A DNA stretch of 63,345 bases, filler included, from Octopus bimaculoides (lineage: Eukaryota): the NCBI RefSeq assembly GCF_001194135.2. It is 5 parts of 4 records of this genome, joined end to end, with 100 filler letters (N's around TTAATTAATTAA, not from the genome) between each part and the next. Parts side by side here need not be neighbours in the genome. Positions count along the whole stretch, not along the records: positions 8,974 to 40,914 come from NC_068981.1; positions 41,015 to 59,967 come from NC_068986.1; 3 more parts are not named here. One strand, given 5' to 3'. Of this stretch, positions 39,001-51,798 are shown one piece after another. Under the pieces are notes generated by a model. That model did no database searches and was not told the origin of the DNA. It saw nothing but the letters and a program-made list of their open reading frames with translations. The position numbers were made by a program, and so were the translations under genes. Positions within the stretch are counted from its first letter, which is position 1. Each line of letters begins with the position of its first letter.

Positions 39001-40853
39001 ATAATTACGACTACAAATTCATTGATTATAAACTTTTCTTTTTTTTGCTCAATCCACGCTAAACTGTGATGAAGATCAACTGAAAAAAGATGTAAAACTA
39101 ATCAAAGCTATATTAAAATATAAGCTTTTGTTTTCACTAATAAGGCTATCGAAAGTTCCTCTGGTGGATGTTTCGAATATTGTTTAGAAATATTTGTAAG
39201 ATTTTACATATGCAATGTAGTGAGTTGAAAATCGTCGATCATCTGATGATATTGAAGCAACTACCTGATTAAAACTCTTTGGTTTAACAAGCCGATTAGA
39301 ACTTTCACGCTGAAAATAACAAGAAATGGAGATAATTCCTCTAAATTCAATTGGACGAAATATTTTGACAATTAACCCAATACAGTTGGAGTAGAACTCG
39401 TTTATAAGCAACCAGATTAAATAGTATGTCATATCTGCTGGAAGCTACATTTCGATCCTCTTACTACTTATTGCAGAATATGTGTTTAGGGTAATGGATT
39501 ACTATAATCAGTAAAGAGTCGGATAATATTCATATCTGTTGCACTTTATATTCGCATTTCAAATTCCATCGGGGTTAAATTTGTCTTTTATTCAAGTTCA
39601 ATAAAATATAGTTGATGATTAAATTGAGTATACTCTCCATAAGTCATCGACCTTCTGCTGATCTTACAAATCGATACGATATGCTAATTCCCAACTAGTA
39701 TTTCTAATGAATGTAATTGTTGTTTACCTACAAATTGCCTCTGATTCAGAAGATATTTGATAAAAGTCATTCTAGACATGGCAATCTCATCCGCTTTAAA
39801 ATATGTCATATTGTTAAAACGTTTGTTTGACTCTAACTTAGTCTGTGTTAGACCTTACACTGTATCGCTTCGGGATGTGTCGTCTGCCAAAATCTCGCGT
39901 TGACGCAATAATTTTTGATAAACTGGTTAGACGCAAACTGTATAGAAGCTGTTTGAATAGATTCTACCACTTACTGGTAGATTACCCGGCTTAATACCAC
40001 CGTTTGACATTAACTGATTTTTGCGCCATAGAACCGATCTGAAAGTAACCTCTCTTACTCCACCAATATTATAATCCTGCTAAATGTTATGAGCGTTGCC
40101 TATCTCTTCTTCAGACGCATATGTGCGATGTGAGGGTGATTTAGCTGGCAGTTCTAGCAGGCTTCTTTGATTGCAGCTAAAGCACATAGATAAAAAACGG
40201 GTTTAAAACTGTTGCTGGAATGCGAAAGTGTCGATATCTTACATGAAAGAAACGCATCTATGGGAAATGTTCCATTAAACAGACCTATTTTATTGCCCAC
40301 ATAAAGATAAACAATTGTAGAATCATTTTTCAGAAGGTACAGAGAGATATTAATAAGTTATTATCGCTTCTGTAAGAATCAACCGTCGTTTGTTTATGGA
40401 ACATTAACAAGAAGAAAACCTTTATGTTGTCACAGGTTTTGTTAGAAAAAAAAAAACCATGAAATCTCGCTTCAATCACGCTGTATCGCCATGAATAAAG
40501 AACAGATTGAATGATAGAGTCAAGAGACATGTGTGTCTGGGGTCAAAGGATAAAAATCAGACAAACAAACAAATGAATGTTTATGGTCACAGTTGGTATG
40601 ATTTCCGTCAGTGGTCGACTCGAGCAAAGACGAACAGCAATTGAACGATTGAACGACAGAAACTCCATGCGCTATAAGCTCCTAGTATGGACAGGTATTT
40701 GGCCATACATGAAGAGGTGGCACTAGTGACACAAGCAATTGTTAATGATTCGAGTCTTAAATGGACACCAAATAACATTAACAGTGAATTGTTCAATATA
40801 ATTTGTCAACTCTGATGAATTTACATTTCCTATCTATCCCTTCCCTCTTTCTC

Positions 40854-40914
<61 letters not shown>

Positions 40915-41015
40915 NNNNNNNNNNNNNNNNNNNNNNNNNNNNNNNNNNNNNNNNNNNNTTAATTAATTAANNNNNNNNNNNNNNNNNNNNNNNNNNNNNN
41001 NNNNNNNNNNNNNNC

Positions 41016-41059
<44 letters not shown>

Positions 41060-41267
41060 GTCAAAATTAAAAGAAGAGTGCTATTGTTATCTAGTGAACG
41101 ATACTTCGACATCTCGTGTATCTTCAACTGGTTCAAAAAATAAATTTGTCAATCTACTTCATTTTGGTTAATATAGAAAGGATTGAGGTAACTCCTCCTG
41201 AAGATATAGCGTCAAAATTAAAAGAAGGGTGTCATTGTTATCTAGTGAACGATATTTTGACATCTCG
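41060..41267 (+). repeat. Two diverged 57-bp direct repeats (41060-41116, 41211-41267)
   Basis: gtcaaaattaaaagaag.gtg...ttgttatctagtgaacgata.tt.gacatctcg occurs twice. Confidence 0.8.
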
Positions 41268-41699
41268 ATAACAATTATATGTATATTTGTTCTTCAAAAT
41301 GCCGCAGGTAGTACCAGTCTACATTGCTTACCAGCAGCGCTATTAACACATAGCGACCTGACTTAAGTCCTTCGAATAGACATATATTATTTTTCACTGT
41401 GTGTAATTCAGTTCTGTGTGAGAGTTCCAGTTTCATCAGACATTTTTTCTTCAGAATTCTTTATATATTTTTTTCACTGTGAAGTTCAAATCCCACCTCG
41501 GGATTTTTAACATTTTTCCACTGCGTGAGCTCCAGGTCCTCGTAGCTACTATGTCCTGCATTATGGCGACGTAACATCGTCGTCTGCGTGACTGGCCCGA
41601 ACAGCGTACCTCGCTGGCTGACACTACTTACTGAGTCTGTCCACTATTTATCAGTAGTGGACCAGCCCATTTCTTACCTGGGGGTGTCCGCCACAACAA

Positions 41700-42180
41700 T
41701 ATACCACCCTCAGCTGTTTTCTTCTGCTTCGATACAGCACTGGCAACTGATCAAACCTCTCCCACACTTCCTTCTGGACAAGTACAACCTTTCAGTATCA
41801 CTCTTTGGGTGGATGGCTCTGTGTACTGTCAACATTTTTCTGGTCTTGGTATCCATTTTCATCACTTCTCTTTTTTTGCTATTTTATCATTCCTGCGTCA
41901 TCCCGAAGTGATGCTATCGCCCACCTACTAACTGCTTGGATTTTATTCCAACCATCAATTTTGAGCGCAACACCAACCTTAGTCTTCGGAAATATTCCTT
42001 CTTCAGTTGCTCTTTCATTTCCTTCTCCATTATCTCGTTGGACTCTAGTAAACCAAGGTATTTGTAGCCTTCCCTTTCAATTTGTTTTATCAAGTCTCTG
42101 TTCGGTAATTCTATGCCTGTCAGGAGCTATACCATGCCTCTTTTTAGGTAGATTATTCCGCACCTCTTGAATCCAAATGG
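41700..42180 (-). mobile_element. R4/Dong-like LINE fragment (RT C-terminal region), decayed
   Basis: FGFKRCG..IKQIEREGYKYLGLLESNEIMEKEMKEQLKKEYFRRLRLVLRSKL..MDTKTRKMLTVHRAIHPKSDTERLYLSRRKCGRGLIS. Confidence 0.85.
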
Positions 42181-43000
42181 GACAGATTATTCTGAGACAG
42201 ATTATTCATGGAACACCAGAGGTTGCTTATTCATGCAAATGTTTCCTTTCTATGTCACTATTATTATCTCAAAGTTAATACTGTCCTTGTATATCTTGGC
42301 GCCAGTGTCGTCGAAGACATTGCCACCAGAATGCAACATACGGCAAGTTACCTCGTCCAATACGTTGACACTTTCACCAATCATCCATCTCGAGCAATCC
42401 GCTTGCAGTTACACCAGTCCGTTGCTCTGGATTCCAAAAGGATAAAAGTTAAAGCTGGCCTCAGCAGAAAATGAGCTCAGGGAGTCGGATCAAACGTTGA
42501 TAATCGAACGATACTGCAAATTCGTTACAGAGCCACATCTCTTTTTCTAGATAACTTTGCGAACAAAAGCACATTTTCAAACTGGGGACATCCGCACTTC
42601 ACGACATCAATAACATACTAATTCCTTTTCCAATATTTTCTACTTGACTCACACATACACATAGGCATATACACGCAAAAGCATTTATATGACAAGTATT
42701 CAAATCTTTTACACATTACACTTACACACACACAGCGTGCGCACACACAAATACACCCATATACATTTATCCTCTACATACAGGCATATAAACGAACCAA
42801 CTCACTACTCTCTTACACACACTGTCACATACGCATGCAGGCACAAACACAGCTGACATAATTACACACGTTACATACTCATATATTAAATATATGCTCA
42901 CTTGGTTTCTCCACAAAATATACCCAGGCGCAAGCACACCGACATACAAATACATACCTAATACACACAAATACTCGCACACACATACACACTCATATAG

Positions 43001-43113
<113 letters not shown>

Positions 43114-43417
43114 CAAATGCATATGTACACACATCTTTCCTGAAATTAGAACAAAGAAACAAACACATATCGACACCGACACGTAGGTACACGCATCGAT
43201 AGAAACATGCGTACAGACACAAACTGAAATCGGTTAAAGATTATTTATTAAGTCTAGTGAAAGAGGGCAGAGGCCAGAGATGAAGGGCACACAGTGCTTT
43301 CTCACCTTGGGTTAATGAAGTCGTGATGTTCACGTCCACACCTCAGTAATATACATACATGCATGAGCGCGCGCGTGTGCGTGCGTGCGGGTACGTGTGC
43401 GTGTGTGCGTGCGTGTG

Positions 43418-43463
<46 letters not shown>

Positions 43464-43599
43464 CTAGTTTCGAATCCAATCTGGGTCGATTTAGCTTTTT
43501 ATCTCCTTGCGATTGATTTCTCGATTTCAATGAGAATGAGTTAATGATTTGTACTAATTGTTCAAGTCCAGGGTCAGATGTCACTGGACACGCCTCTGG

Positions 43600-43800
43600 T
43601 GAAAGGCATTCCAGTCGTGACCCTCAGTTGATTTTCTATACGTGTTATTCATTTTTTTTTAAGACAATAGGGGTGATTTGAAAGTATTTGGCTGCTTTTT
43701 CTAGCAGGTGGATCGACGGGTAGTGTTATTGCTGCTGTTGTTGTTTAGCCCTAGGTCAACACTGATCGAGCAAAACTGTGATCAAAGGGTCGATTGCAGT
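43600..43800. repeat. Old unclassified repeat family; diverged copies also near 4430-4600, 5010-5175, 28600, 49970-50125, 52410-52860 and 60095-60265
   Basis: Recurrent motifs atttggctgctatttctagcagg, ttccag(c/t)cgtgacc and ttaaccc.aggtca.c.ctgatcgagca. Confidence 0.6.
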
Positions 43801-44138
43801 GGTAGTAATGACGTTTTTGATAGAGTTGGTAATGATGATATTGACAGCATACGTGTTGAGGTTGATAGCAAACATGTTGTTTAGCTACAGATATCAGCCC
43901 TTTGTGAGCTTACTTATACTCAAAGGCGCTCCAGCCATGACTATCTCATGCTTTTTCAGTCATGATGTCCCTGATATTGTAAACTTATTTATATCAACTG
44001 AAACTTATTTGTAATTCGTTACCTTAATGTTTTGTTACTTTTTATAGCTGTAGTCATTTGAGGTCGTTTTGACATCAGTTTCTAGCATGTCAAGAGACCG
44101 TGTACAGACTTCTTTGTTCTCTTAGATTATAGTAATAG

Positions 44139-44526
44139 GTGGAGGCGCAATGGCCCAGTGGTTAGGGCAGCGGACTTGCGGTCATAGGATCGCGGTTTCG
44201 ATTCTCAGACTGGGCGTTGTGAGTGTTTATTGAGCGAAAACGCCTAAAGCTCCACGAGGCTCCGGCAGGGGATGGTGGCGAACGCTGCTGTACTCTTCCA
44301 CCACAACTTTCTCTCACTCTTACTTCCTGTTTCTGTTGTGCCTGTAATTCAAAGGGTCAGCCTTGTCACACTGTGTCACGCTGAATCTCCCCGAGAACTA
44401 CGTTAAGGGTACACGTGTCTGTGGAATGCTCAGCCACTTGCACATTAATTTCACGAGCAGACTGTTCCGTTGATCGGATCAACTGGAACCCTCGACGTCG
44501 TAAGCGACGGAGTGCCAGCAACAACA
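44139..44526 (+). mobile_element. Full-length tRNA-derived SINE (family C) with 10-bp TSD
   Basis: A box tggcccagtggttag, B box ggtttcgattc, (CAA)n tail. TSD atagtaatag at 44129-44138 and 44527-44536. Confidence 0.92.
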
Positions 44527-45954
44527 ATAGTAATAGATTTTTTCGTTAATTTTCAGGCATATTGCATATACTAATACGTTTTCTAATATAGGTTTCATTT
44601 TAAAACACGATATGACGTTATTTAAAGGCGGTTTTACAGCTATTTCTAGTATTTCGAACGACCACGTAAAAGCACCATGATTAGCACTTCACGTAAAGTC
44701 TTGTTGTAGTTCGAGTTGAAGTGGGTGAATGGTTTCAACTCAGATTTTCTTGAGATTTGACACATCTGTGGGAAAAAACTTAACCATTAGAATTGTGCCG
44801 CGCGCATGTTTTGCAGAGCAACTGTCATTCCATTTGGAGTATAATGTCGCATTGAAAACGGTGCTCCATTAGAATCTTTATTTTTATGCCGTTATATGTA
44901 ACAGAAGTATGGCATTTTGCGAATTCCGAGACCGCTGATAATTAGTTGCTTGGTAATGAGTTGATAGTTAATTGTCATATTGTGTGAATGTGAAATTTTG
45001 TACAGGGTAGATCTTTTAAGGAAAAGGCCCTTAGTCTATCTGACATTTTTTGATATTTCCTTTAACCTTGGGCAAGACTGGGCACTTTTCTCTGTCTATT
45101 ATAAAAATTAAGGCAACACTTTTTGCCTCATTATTGATAGAATATTATAGTGTTAGTGATGTTGATCTCAGTAAGTTATACCAAAAAAAAAAAAAAAACC
45201 CTCCATGGCTGCAATCCAAGTGAATAAAAAAGTTTGCATGTTTTCTTTTGACATGATAGAAACAACTGCCAAAGCTACCTCAAACCACTGTAAATTATAC
45301 ATTGTAACTTATACGTTATAATGTATTTTGATTGATTCTCTAATGTTTTTTTTTGTTTTGTTTTTGGACAGTCCATGCTGGGAAGTGTTACAGAATCTCT
45401 ANNNNNNNNNNNNNNNNNNNNNNNNNNNNNNNNNNNNNNNNNNNNNNNNNNNNNNNNNNNNNNNNNNNNNNNNNNNNNNNNNNNNNNNNNNNNNNNNNNN
45501 NNNNNNNNNNNNNNNNNNNNNNNNNNNNNNNNNNNNNNNNNNNNNNNNNNNNNNNNNNNNNNNNNNNNNNNNNNNNNNNNNNNNNNNNNNNNNNNNNNNN
45601 NNNNNNNNNNNNNNNNNNNNNNNNNNNNNNNNNNNNNNNNNNNNNNNNNNNNNNNNNNNNNNNNNNNNNNNNNNNNNNNNNNNNNNNNNNNNNNNNNNNN
45701 NNNNNNNNNNNNNNNNNNNNNNNNNNNNNNNNNNNNNNNNNNNNNNNNNNNNNNNNNNNNNNNNNNNNNNNNNNNNNNNNNNNNNNNNNNNNNNNNNNNN
45801 NNNNNNNNNNNNNNNNNNNNNNNNNNNNNNNNNNNNNNNNNNNNNNNNNNNNNNNNNNNNNNNNNNNNNNNNNNNNNNNNNNNNNNNNNNNNNNNNGCTA
45901 ACGATTCTACCTGCTCAACGCTTTCTCCTGTGTAATATATTAGACTTTTGCTTA

Positions 45955-46357
45955 AGGCGGCGAGCTGGCAGAATCGTTAACGCGCCGGGCGAAATGCTTA
46001 GCGGTATTTCGTCTGCCGTTACGTTCTGAGTTCAAATTCGGCCGAGGTCGACTTTGCCTTTCATCTCTTCGGGGTCGATAAATTAAGTACCAGCTGAGTA
46101 CTGGGGCCGATGTAATCGACTATCTCCCTCCCCCAAATTACAGGCCTTGTGCCTATAGTAGAAAGAATCGTTAGCATGCCGGGAAAATGCTGAGCGGCAA
46201 TTCGTCCGTCTTGGCTTTCTCAGCTCAAATTCCGCCGGAATCGACTTTGCCTTTTATCTTTTCTGATTCGACAAAATAAATACCAGTTGCACACTGGGGT
46301 CGTTGTAATCGACTTACCATTCCTCCAAAATTGCTGACCTTGTGCCAAAATGTGATA
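45955..46357 (+). mobile_element. Two tandem tRNA SINEs (family A, Meta-domain-like core)
   Basis: Head ggcgagctggcagaatcgtta, B box gagttcaaattc, core gaggtcgactttgcctttcatc..ggggtcgataaattaagtaccag. A second, older copy starts at about 46166. Confidence 0.9.
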
Positions 46358-46843
46358 CCAATCTATGAAGCTTTTGTTCAGTCGCCCGTGTGTAAGTATG
46401 CCAATATTATTAGTAGAAAGGAATATCAAGCTTTTATTCCTATTCAACTCTTATCCTTAAAGTTCAGAGAGGGATCTGTTCTTGATACAGTTGGGGGCGT
46501 GTTAATAAGCAATATTAAGCAAATCAGAATTCATCGTTCATCAAATAATCCACTACAGAATAACACTAAGCAATTCCAAAGATACAGGCACAACACACGT
46601 TTAAACAAGCAAACACACTTACACATAACAAATCTTAAAACCTACAAAACATACAGAAAAATTACAAATAGCAGCCAATGAAAACTTATGTCTTACGAAC
46701 CAACTAAATCACCATTGAAATACAAAATTCGTTCTCATTCATATTAAAGATTCGAAGTATGAAGGTGGAATGACAGACGACGCAGCTCATTGTCTGAAGA
46801 AGCACATAAAAGCAAAACTAACAGATTTAATATACAAGCTGAA

Positions 46844-47043
46844 TACTCTTTTACTTGTTTCAGTCATTTGACTGCGGCCATGCTGGAGCATCGCCTTTAG
46901 TCGAGCAAATCGACCACAGGACTTATTCTTTGTAAGCCTAGTACTTATTCTATCGGTCTCTTTTGCCCAACCGCTAATTTACGGGGACGTAAACAAACCA
47001 GCATCGGTTGTCAAGCGATGTTGGGGGAACAAACACAGACACA

Positions 47044-47107
<64 letters not shown>

Positions 47108-47270
47108 CGACGGGCTTCTTTCAGTTTCCGTCTACCAAATCCACTCACAAGGCTTTGGTCAGCCCGAGGCTATAGTAGAAGACACTTGCCCAAGGATCCA
47201 CGCAGTGGGACTGAACCCGGAACCATGTGGTTGGTAAGCAAGCTACTTACCACACAGCCACTCCTGCGCC
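46844..47270 (-). mobile_element. Full-length CORE-like tRNA SINE (family B)
   Basis: Head ggcgcaggagtggctgtgtggtaag, B box ggttcagtccc, ccttgggcaagtg core, internal (TA)/(GT), tail gaaacaagtaaaagagta. Confidence 0.92.
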
Positions 47271-47494
47271 TATATAGCTAACTTTTTATTTTAAACACGA
47301 CGCAAACGCACACGTTCGCACATATGCACACATACACATACATTCATTTTTAATGATGACATTTTCAAGACTAGTACTGTTTTATTCCTGAGGAATTTGC
47401 ATATAAGCGCGCGCGTGTGCATATCTGTGCATTCGTGAACGTGCATTGTTTCCTTTGGCCGTGTATTCGCGAGCAGATATTCTTTTCTGCTCAG

Positions 47495-47907
47495 GGCACA
47501 AGGCTCGAAATTTGCGGGGAATGGACAGTCGTTTAGATCGACCCAAGTACGCAACTGGTAGTTAATTTATCGACCTCGAAAGGATGAAAGGCGAAGTCGA
47601 CCTCGGTGGAATTTGAACTCAGAACGTAAAGACAGACGAAATACCGCTAAGCATTTCGCCTGGTGTGCTAATGTTTCTTATTTCTTTATTGCCCACAAGG
47701 GGCTAAACATAGAGGGGACAAACAAAGATAGGCAAAGGGATTAAGTCGATTACATCGACCCTAGTGCGTAACTGGTACTTAATTTATCGACCCCGAAAGA
47801 ATGAAAGGCAAAGTCGACCTTGGTGGAATTTGAACTCAGAACCGTAAAGACAGACGAAATACCGCTAAGCATTTCGCCCGGCGTGCTAACGTTTCTGCCA
47901 GCTCGCC
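47495..47907 (-). mobile_element. Two head-to-tail family A SINEs (47495-47677 and 47678-47907) with different 3' tails
   Basis: Both share the tRNA head and core. One ends ccccttgtgggcaataaagaaataa; the other ends aaatttcgagccttgtgcc. Confidence 0.9.
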
Positions 47908-48112
47908 GACGTACATTTAATAAATATACATCTATCTTCAAAAGGTAAATACTTTCGATAGTCAAACCGTAAGTCCTATAGGCTACACTACAAGTATATT
48001 TCATAAATGTAAAAATGTATGTTTATTTGTAAGTCATATTTGAATATGTGTGTGTATGGAACAAAATTATACATTATATTACTGGTTGTGACGTAAATGG
48101 TCAGAAAATTAC

Positions 48113-48205
48113 CGTCGGTTTTGCGACGAATATTGTCTAATGGCAATATTTGGTTCAATATTTGGCTCAAAGCTGATGGCAACATCCACAAGCAGTTAAA
48201 CATTG
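48113..48205 (-). CDS. Candidate 93-nt exon (MFNCLWMLPSALSQILNQILPLDNIRRKTD), phase 1-1
   Basis: Lies inside ORF 47988-48203. Acceptor tttatttattaacaag| and donor ACG|gtaatt, in frame with 48381-48454. Confidence 0.45.
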
Positions 48206-48380
48206 CTTGTTAATAAATAAATATACTCATTCTCTTACTGATATATATAGTGTGCTTTTATTTCTGACTTATGGACAAAGTCGAAGGCTACCCGTCGGAC
48301 TCGTAAGCCACGAGCAGCCTTCGACTTTTTCTATCCTCACAAATTTTCAGTGCTACTATTTGTAGCTTCATGTAAAGTAC

Positions 48381-48454
48381 CTCCGAAAAATAAATATTCC
48401 ACGTTCTCTTGAAACAGTTGATGCACTATGTTTATAATACAGATGAGATACTTA
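48381..48454 (-). CDS. Candidate 74-nt exon (KYLICIINIVHQLFQENVEYLFFG), phase 2-1
   Basis: Strong acceptor cgaattttttccaacag| and donor GAG|gtactt. Only one frame is open. Confidence 0.45.
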
Positions 48455-48616
48455 CTGTTGGAAAAAATTCGATGAAAGATTAATCGCATTAAAGATAGGT
48501 TTGAGTCAAACAACAACGTAACGTATATCACACAGCAATCGCTTTACTACAACAATCACACAAATAACGTGTGTGTGTATATACAAACACTTATATATAT
48601 GCATGTATATATTATG

Positions 48617-48647
<31 letters not shown>

Positions 48648-49583
48648 NNNNNNNNNNNNNNNNNNNNNNNNNNNNNNNNNNNNNNNNNNNNNNNNNNNNN
48701 NNNNNNNNNNNNNNNNNNNNNNNNNNNNNNNNNNNNNNNNNNNNNNNNNNNNNNNNNNNNNNNNNNNNNNNNNNNNNNNNNNNNNNNNNNNNNNNNNNNN
48801 NNNNNNNNNNNNNNNNNNNNNNNNNNNNNNNNNNNNNNNNNNNNNNNNNNNNNNNNNNNNNNNNNNNNNNNNNNNNNNNNNNNNNNNNNNNNNNNNNNNN
48901 NNNNNNNNNNNNNNNNNNNNNNNNNNNNNNNNNNNNNNNNNNNNNNNNNNNNNNNNNNNNNNNNNNNNNNNNNNNNNNNNNNNNNNNNNNNNNNNNNNNN
49001 NNNNNNNNNNNNNNNNNNNNNNNNNNNNNNNNNNNNNNNNNNNNNNNNNNNNNNNNNNNNNNNNNNNNNNNNNNNNNNNNNNNNNNNNNNNNNNNNNNNN
49101 NNNNNNNNNNNNNNNNNNNNNNNNNNNNNNNNNNNNNNNNNNNNNNNNNNNNNNNNNNNNNNNNNNNNNNNNNNNNNNNNNNNNNNNNNNNNNNNNNNNN
49201 NNNNNNNNNNNNNNNNNNNNNNNNNNNNNNNNNNNNNNNNNNNNNNNNNNNNNNNNNNNNNNNNNNNNNNNNNNNNNNNNNNNNNNNNNNNNNNNNNNNN
49301 NNNNNNNNNNNNNNNNNNNNNNNNNNNNNNNNNNNNNNNNNNNNNNNNNNNNNNNNNNNNNNNNNNNNNNNNNNNNNNNNNNNNNNNNNNNNNNNNNNNN
49401 NNNNNNNNNNNNNNNNNNNNNNNNNNNNNNNNNNNNNNNNNNNNNNNNNNNNNNNNNNNNNNNNNNNNNNNNNNNNNNNNNNNNNNNNNNNNNNNNNNNN
49501 NNNNNNNNNNNNNNNNNNNNNNNNNNNNNNNNNNNNNNNNNNNNNNNNNNNNNNNNNNNNNNNNNNNNNNNNNNNNNNNNNNN

Positions 49584-49614
<31 letters not shown>

Positions 49615-49727
49615 CATGTATATGTGTGTACATGTCTGTAAATGAGTGAGTGTGTACCTACACAGATGCCTACACACGCACTTTGATACATCAGTTACAC
49701 CCACAAATTACCAATTCCACAACTTAC

Positions 49728-49872
49728 CGAAGATGATATCACTGAACCGCTCTTGTCATTCTTTGATTTCTCTCCAAATCGATTTCGTTGCAGTACAGCT
49801 GGTCCAGAGTTCAAGTCCCAATTAATCCTCGTATCACGTCCCATGGCCGCCGAACTAATGCCCAGTAACCAA
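49728..49872 (-). CDS. Exon with probable start codon at 49844 (MGRDTRINWDLNSGPAVLQRNRFGEKSKNDKSGSVISSS)
   Basis: Acceptor gtttgtgttaacag|, ideal Kozak gccATGG, strong donor TCG|gtaagt, GC/CpG-richer than the flanks. Confidence 0.55.
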
Positions 49873-50878
49873 CTGTTAACACAAACGGTCATTAATACAC
49901 AAACACTGACTGCCATATCCATGGCTATTGTAGGTGCTGTTGCTCTTATTGTTATAATTGTTGTTGTTGTCTAGCTCTAGTCAGACCTGTTTGAGCAGGT
50001 TTATGATCACAGGCGCTCAAGCCATGGCCATCGCGTCTTTTTGAATCGTATATGATGTGATTCGAGGGGAGTTTGGCTATTAGCTCTTGCAACTGGAGCA
50101 ATCATGTAGGGGTTCTTTCCACCTTAGGTCCTTGTTTTGTTTATCAGCTTTGGTGTGCTGTTGTTGCTCCTTTTGTTGTTGTTGTTGTTGTTGTTGTTGC
50201 AGTCGGAGGTGGTGGAGGTGGTGCTGGTATTTTTAGTGGTTGAACATATATATGTGTGTGTGTATGTGTGCGTGTAAGTGTATCTTTGTATGTGTGTGTG
50301 TGTGTGTCTTTGTATGCGTTTGTGTGTGTGTGTAAGTGTACGTTTGTGTATGTGTGCGTGTGTTTGTATGTGTGTATGTGTGTACTTTTACAATTTTGTT
50401 TTGTCTGTTTTTATTGTTTTTACTATTGTTGGTGTTATATTGTTACTGATAATGTTGTTGACGTTGCAGATGTTGATGATGTTGATGATGTTGATGATGT
50501 TGGTAGTGATAATGTTGATGATGTTACTTCTGCTGGTTCTGCTGCTGCTGCTGCTACTGCTGCCGTTGTCCGAAATGTGCCTTATTGTAGATGTATATAT
50601 AAACAAGGGGTTTCCACTCCCACTGCGTGTATATATGTATATACATAATGTGTGTATGCGTGTTTGTGTCAGTGTGTGTGTATCTGTGTGTGTGTTTGTG
50701 TGTGTGTGTTATGAGTTTATAATTCGTATATGTGTGTGTGTGTGTATGTATGATCCTAATAAATGTACTTGATATGCATATGAATATATATAAATGTGTA
50801 AGGTATTTTGTATGTATGTATCTGTCTATGTATCTATCTATTTAAACATATATATATATAAATACAGATGTTTGTGGA

Positions 50879-50936
<58 letters not shown>

Positions 50937-51798
50937 CTGTGTCTGTGTATATGATTGTTTGTTACAGATATAAAGATACGAAATAGAGTACTCAATACTC
51001 CGTAGAAGTTATGTTTGTTCGATACATACTTTCCAGTTACTATTCAATTTCAGTGAATTCCATTTTGATTCTAAAAGAGTCTGTGATCAGATTTTCTTAA
51101 AAATCGAAACAAGATAAACTCCGTTAAAATCCCTAGCTGCGTGTCTATAAGTGTATGTGTATATCAAAGGATGTATATGTATGTATGGTGTACCTAGAGT
51201 TCTTTGTATATGTATATATATANNNNNNNNNNNNNNNNNNNNNNNNNNNNNNNNNNNNNNNNNNNNNNNNNNNNNNNNNNNNNNNNNNNNNNNNNNNNNN
51301 NNNNNNNNNNNNNNNNNNNNNNNNNNNNNNNNNNNNNNNNNNNNNNNNNNNNNNNNNNNNNNNNNNNNNNNNNNNNNNNNNNNNNNNNNNNNNNNNNNNN
51401 NNNNNNNNNNNNNNNNNNNNNNNNNNNNNNNNNNNNNNNNNNNNNNNNNNNNNNNNNNNNNNNNNNNNNNNNNNNNNNNNNNNNNNNNNNNNNNNNNNNN
51501 NNNNNNNNNNNNNNNNNNNNNNNNNNNNNNNNNNNNNNNNNNNNNNNNNNNNNNNNNNNNNNNNNNNNNNNNNNNNNNNNNNNNNNNNNNNNNNNNNNNN
51601 NNNNNNNNNNNNNNNNNNNNNNNNNNNNNNNNNNNNNNNNNNNNNNNNNNNNNNNNNNNNNNNNNNNNNNNNNNNNNNNNNNNNNNNNNNNNNNNNNNNN
51701 NNNNNNNNNNNNNNNNNNNNNNNNNNNNNNNNNNNNNNNNNNNNNNNNNNNNNNNNNNNNNNNNNNNNNNNNNNNNNNNNNNNNNNNNNNNNNNNNNG

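Noticed and set aside
39265-39309. 45-nt minus-strand exon candidate (also a 19-nt candidate at 46623-46641)
   Set aside because: Good splice sites, but two frames are open and there is no independent support. Equally good micro-candidates occur on the plus strand.
44139-44230. tRNA-like A/B boxes as tRNA genes (also SINE heads at 45955, 47270, 59635, 62793)
   Set aside because: No complete cloverleaf, and each continues into a SINE body and tail.
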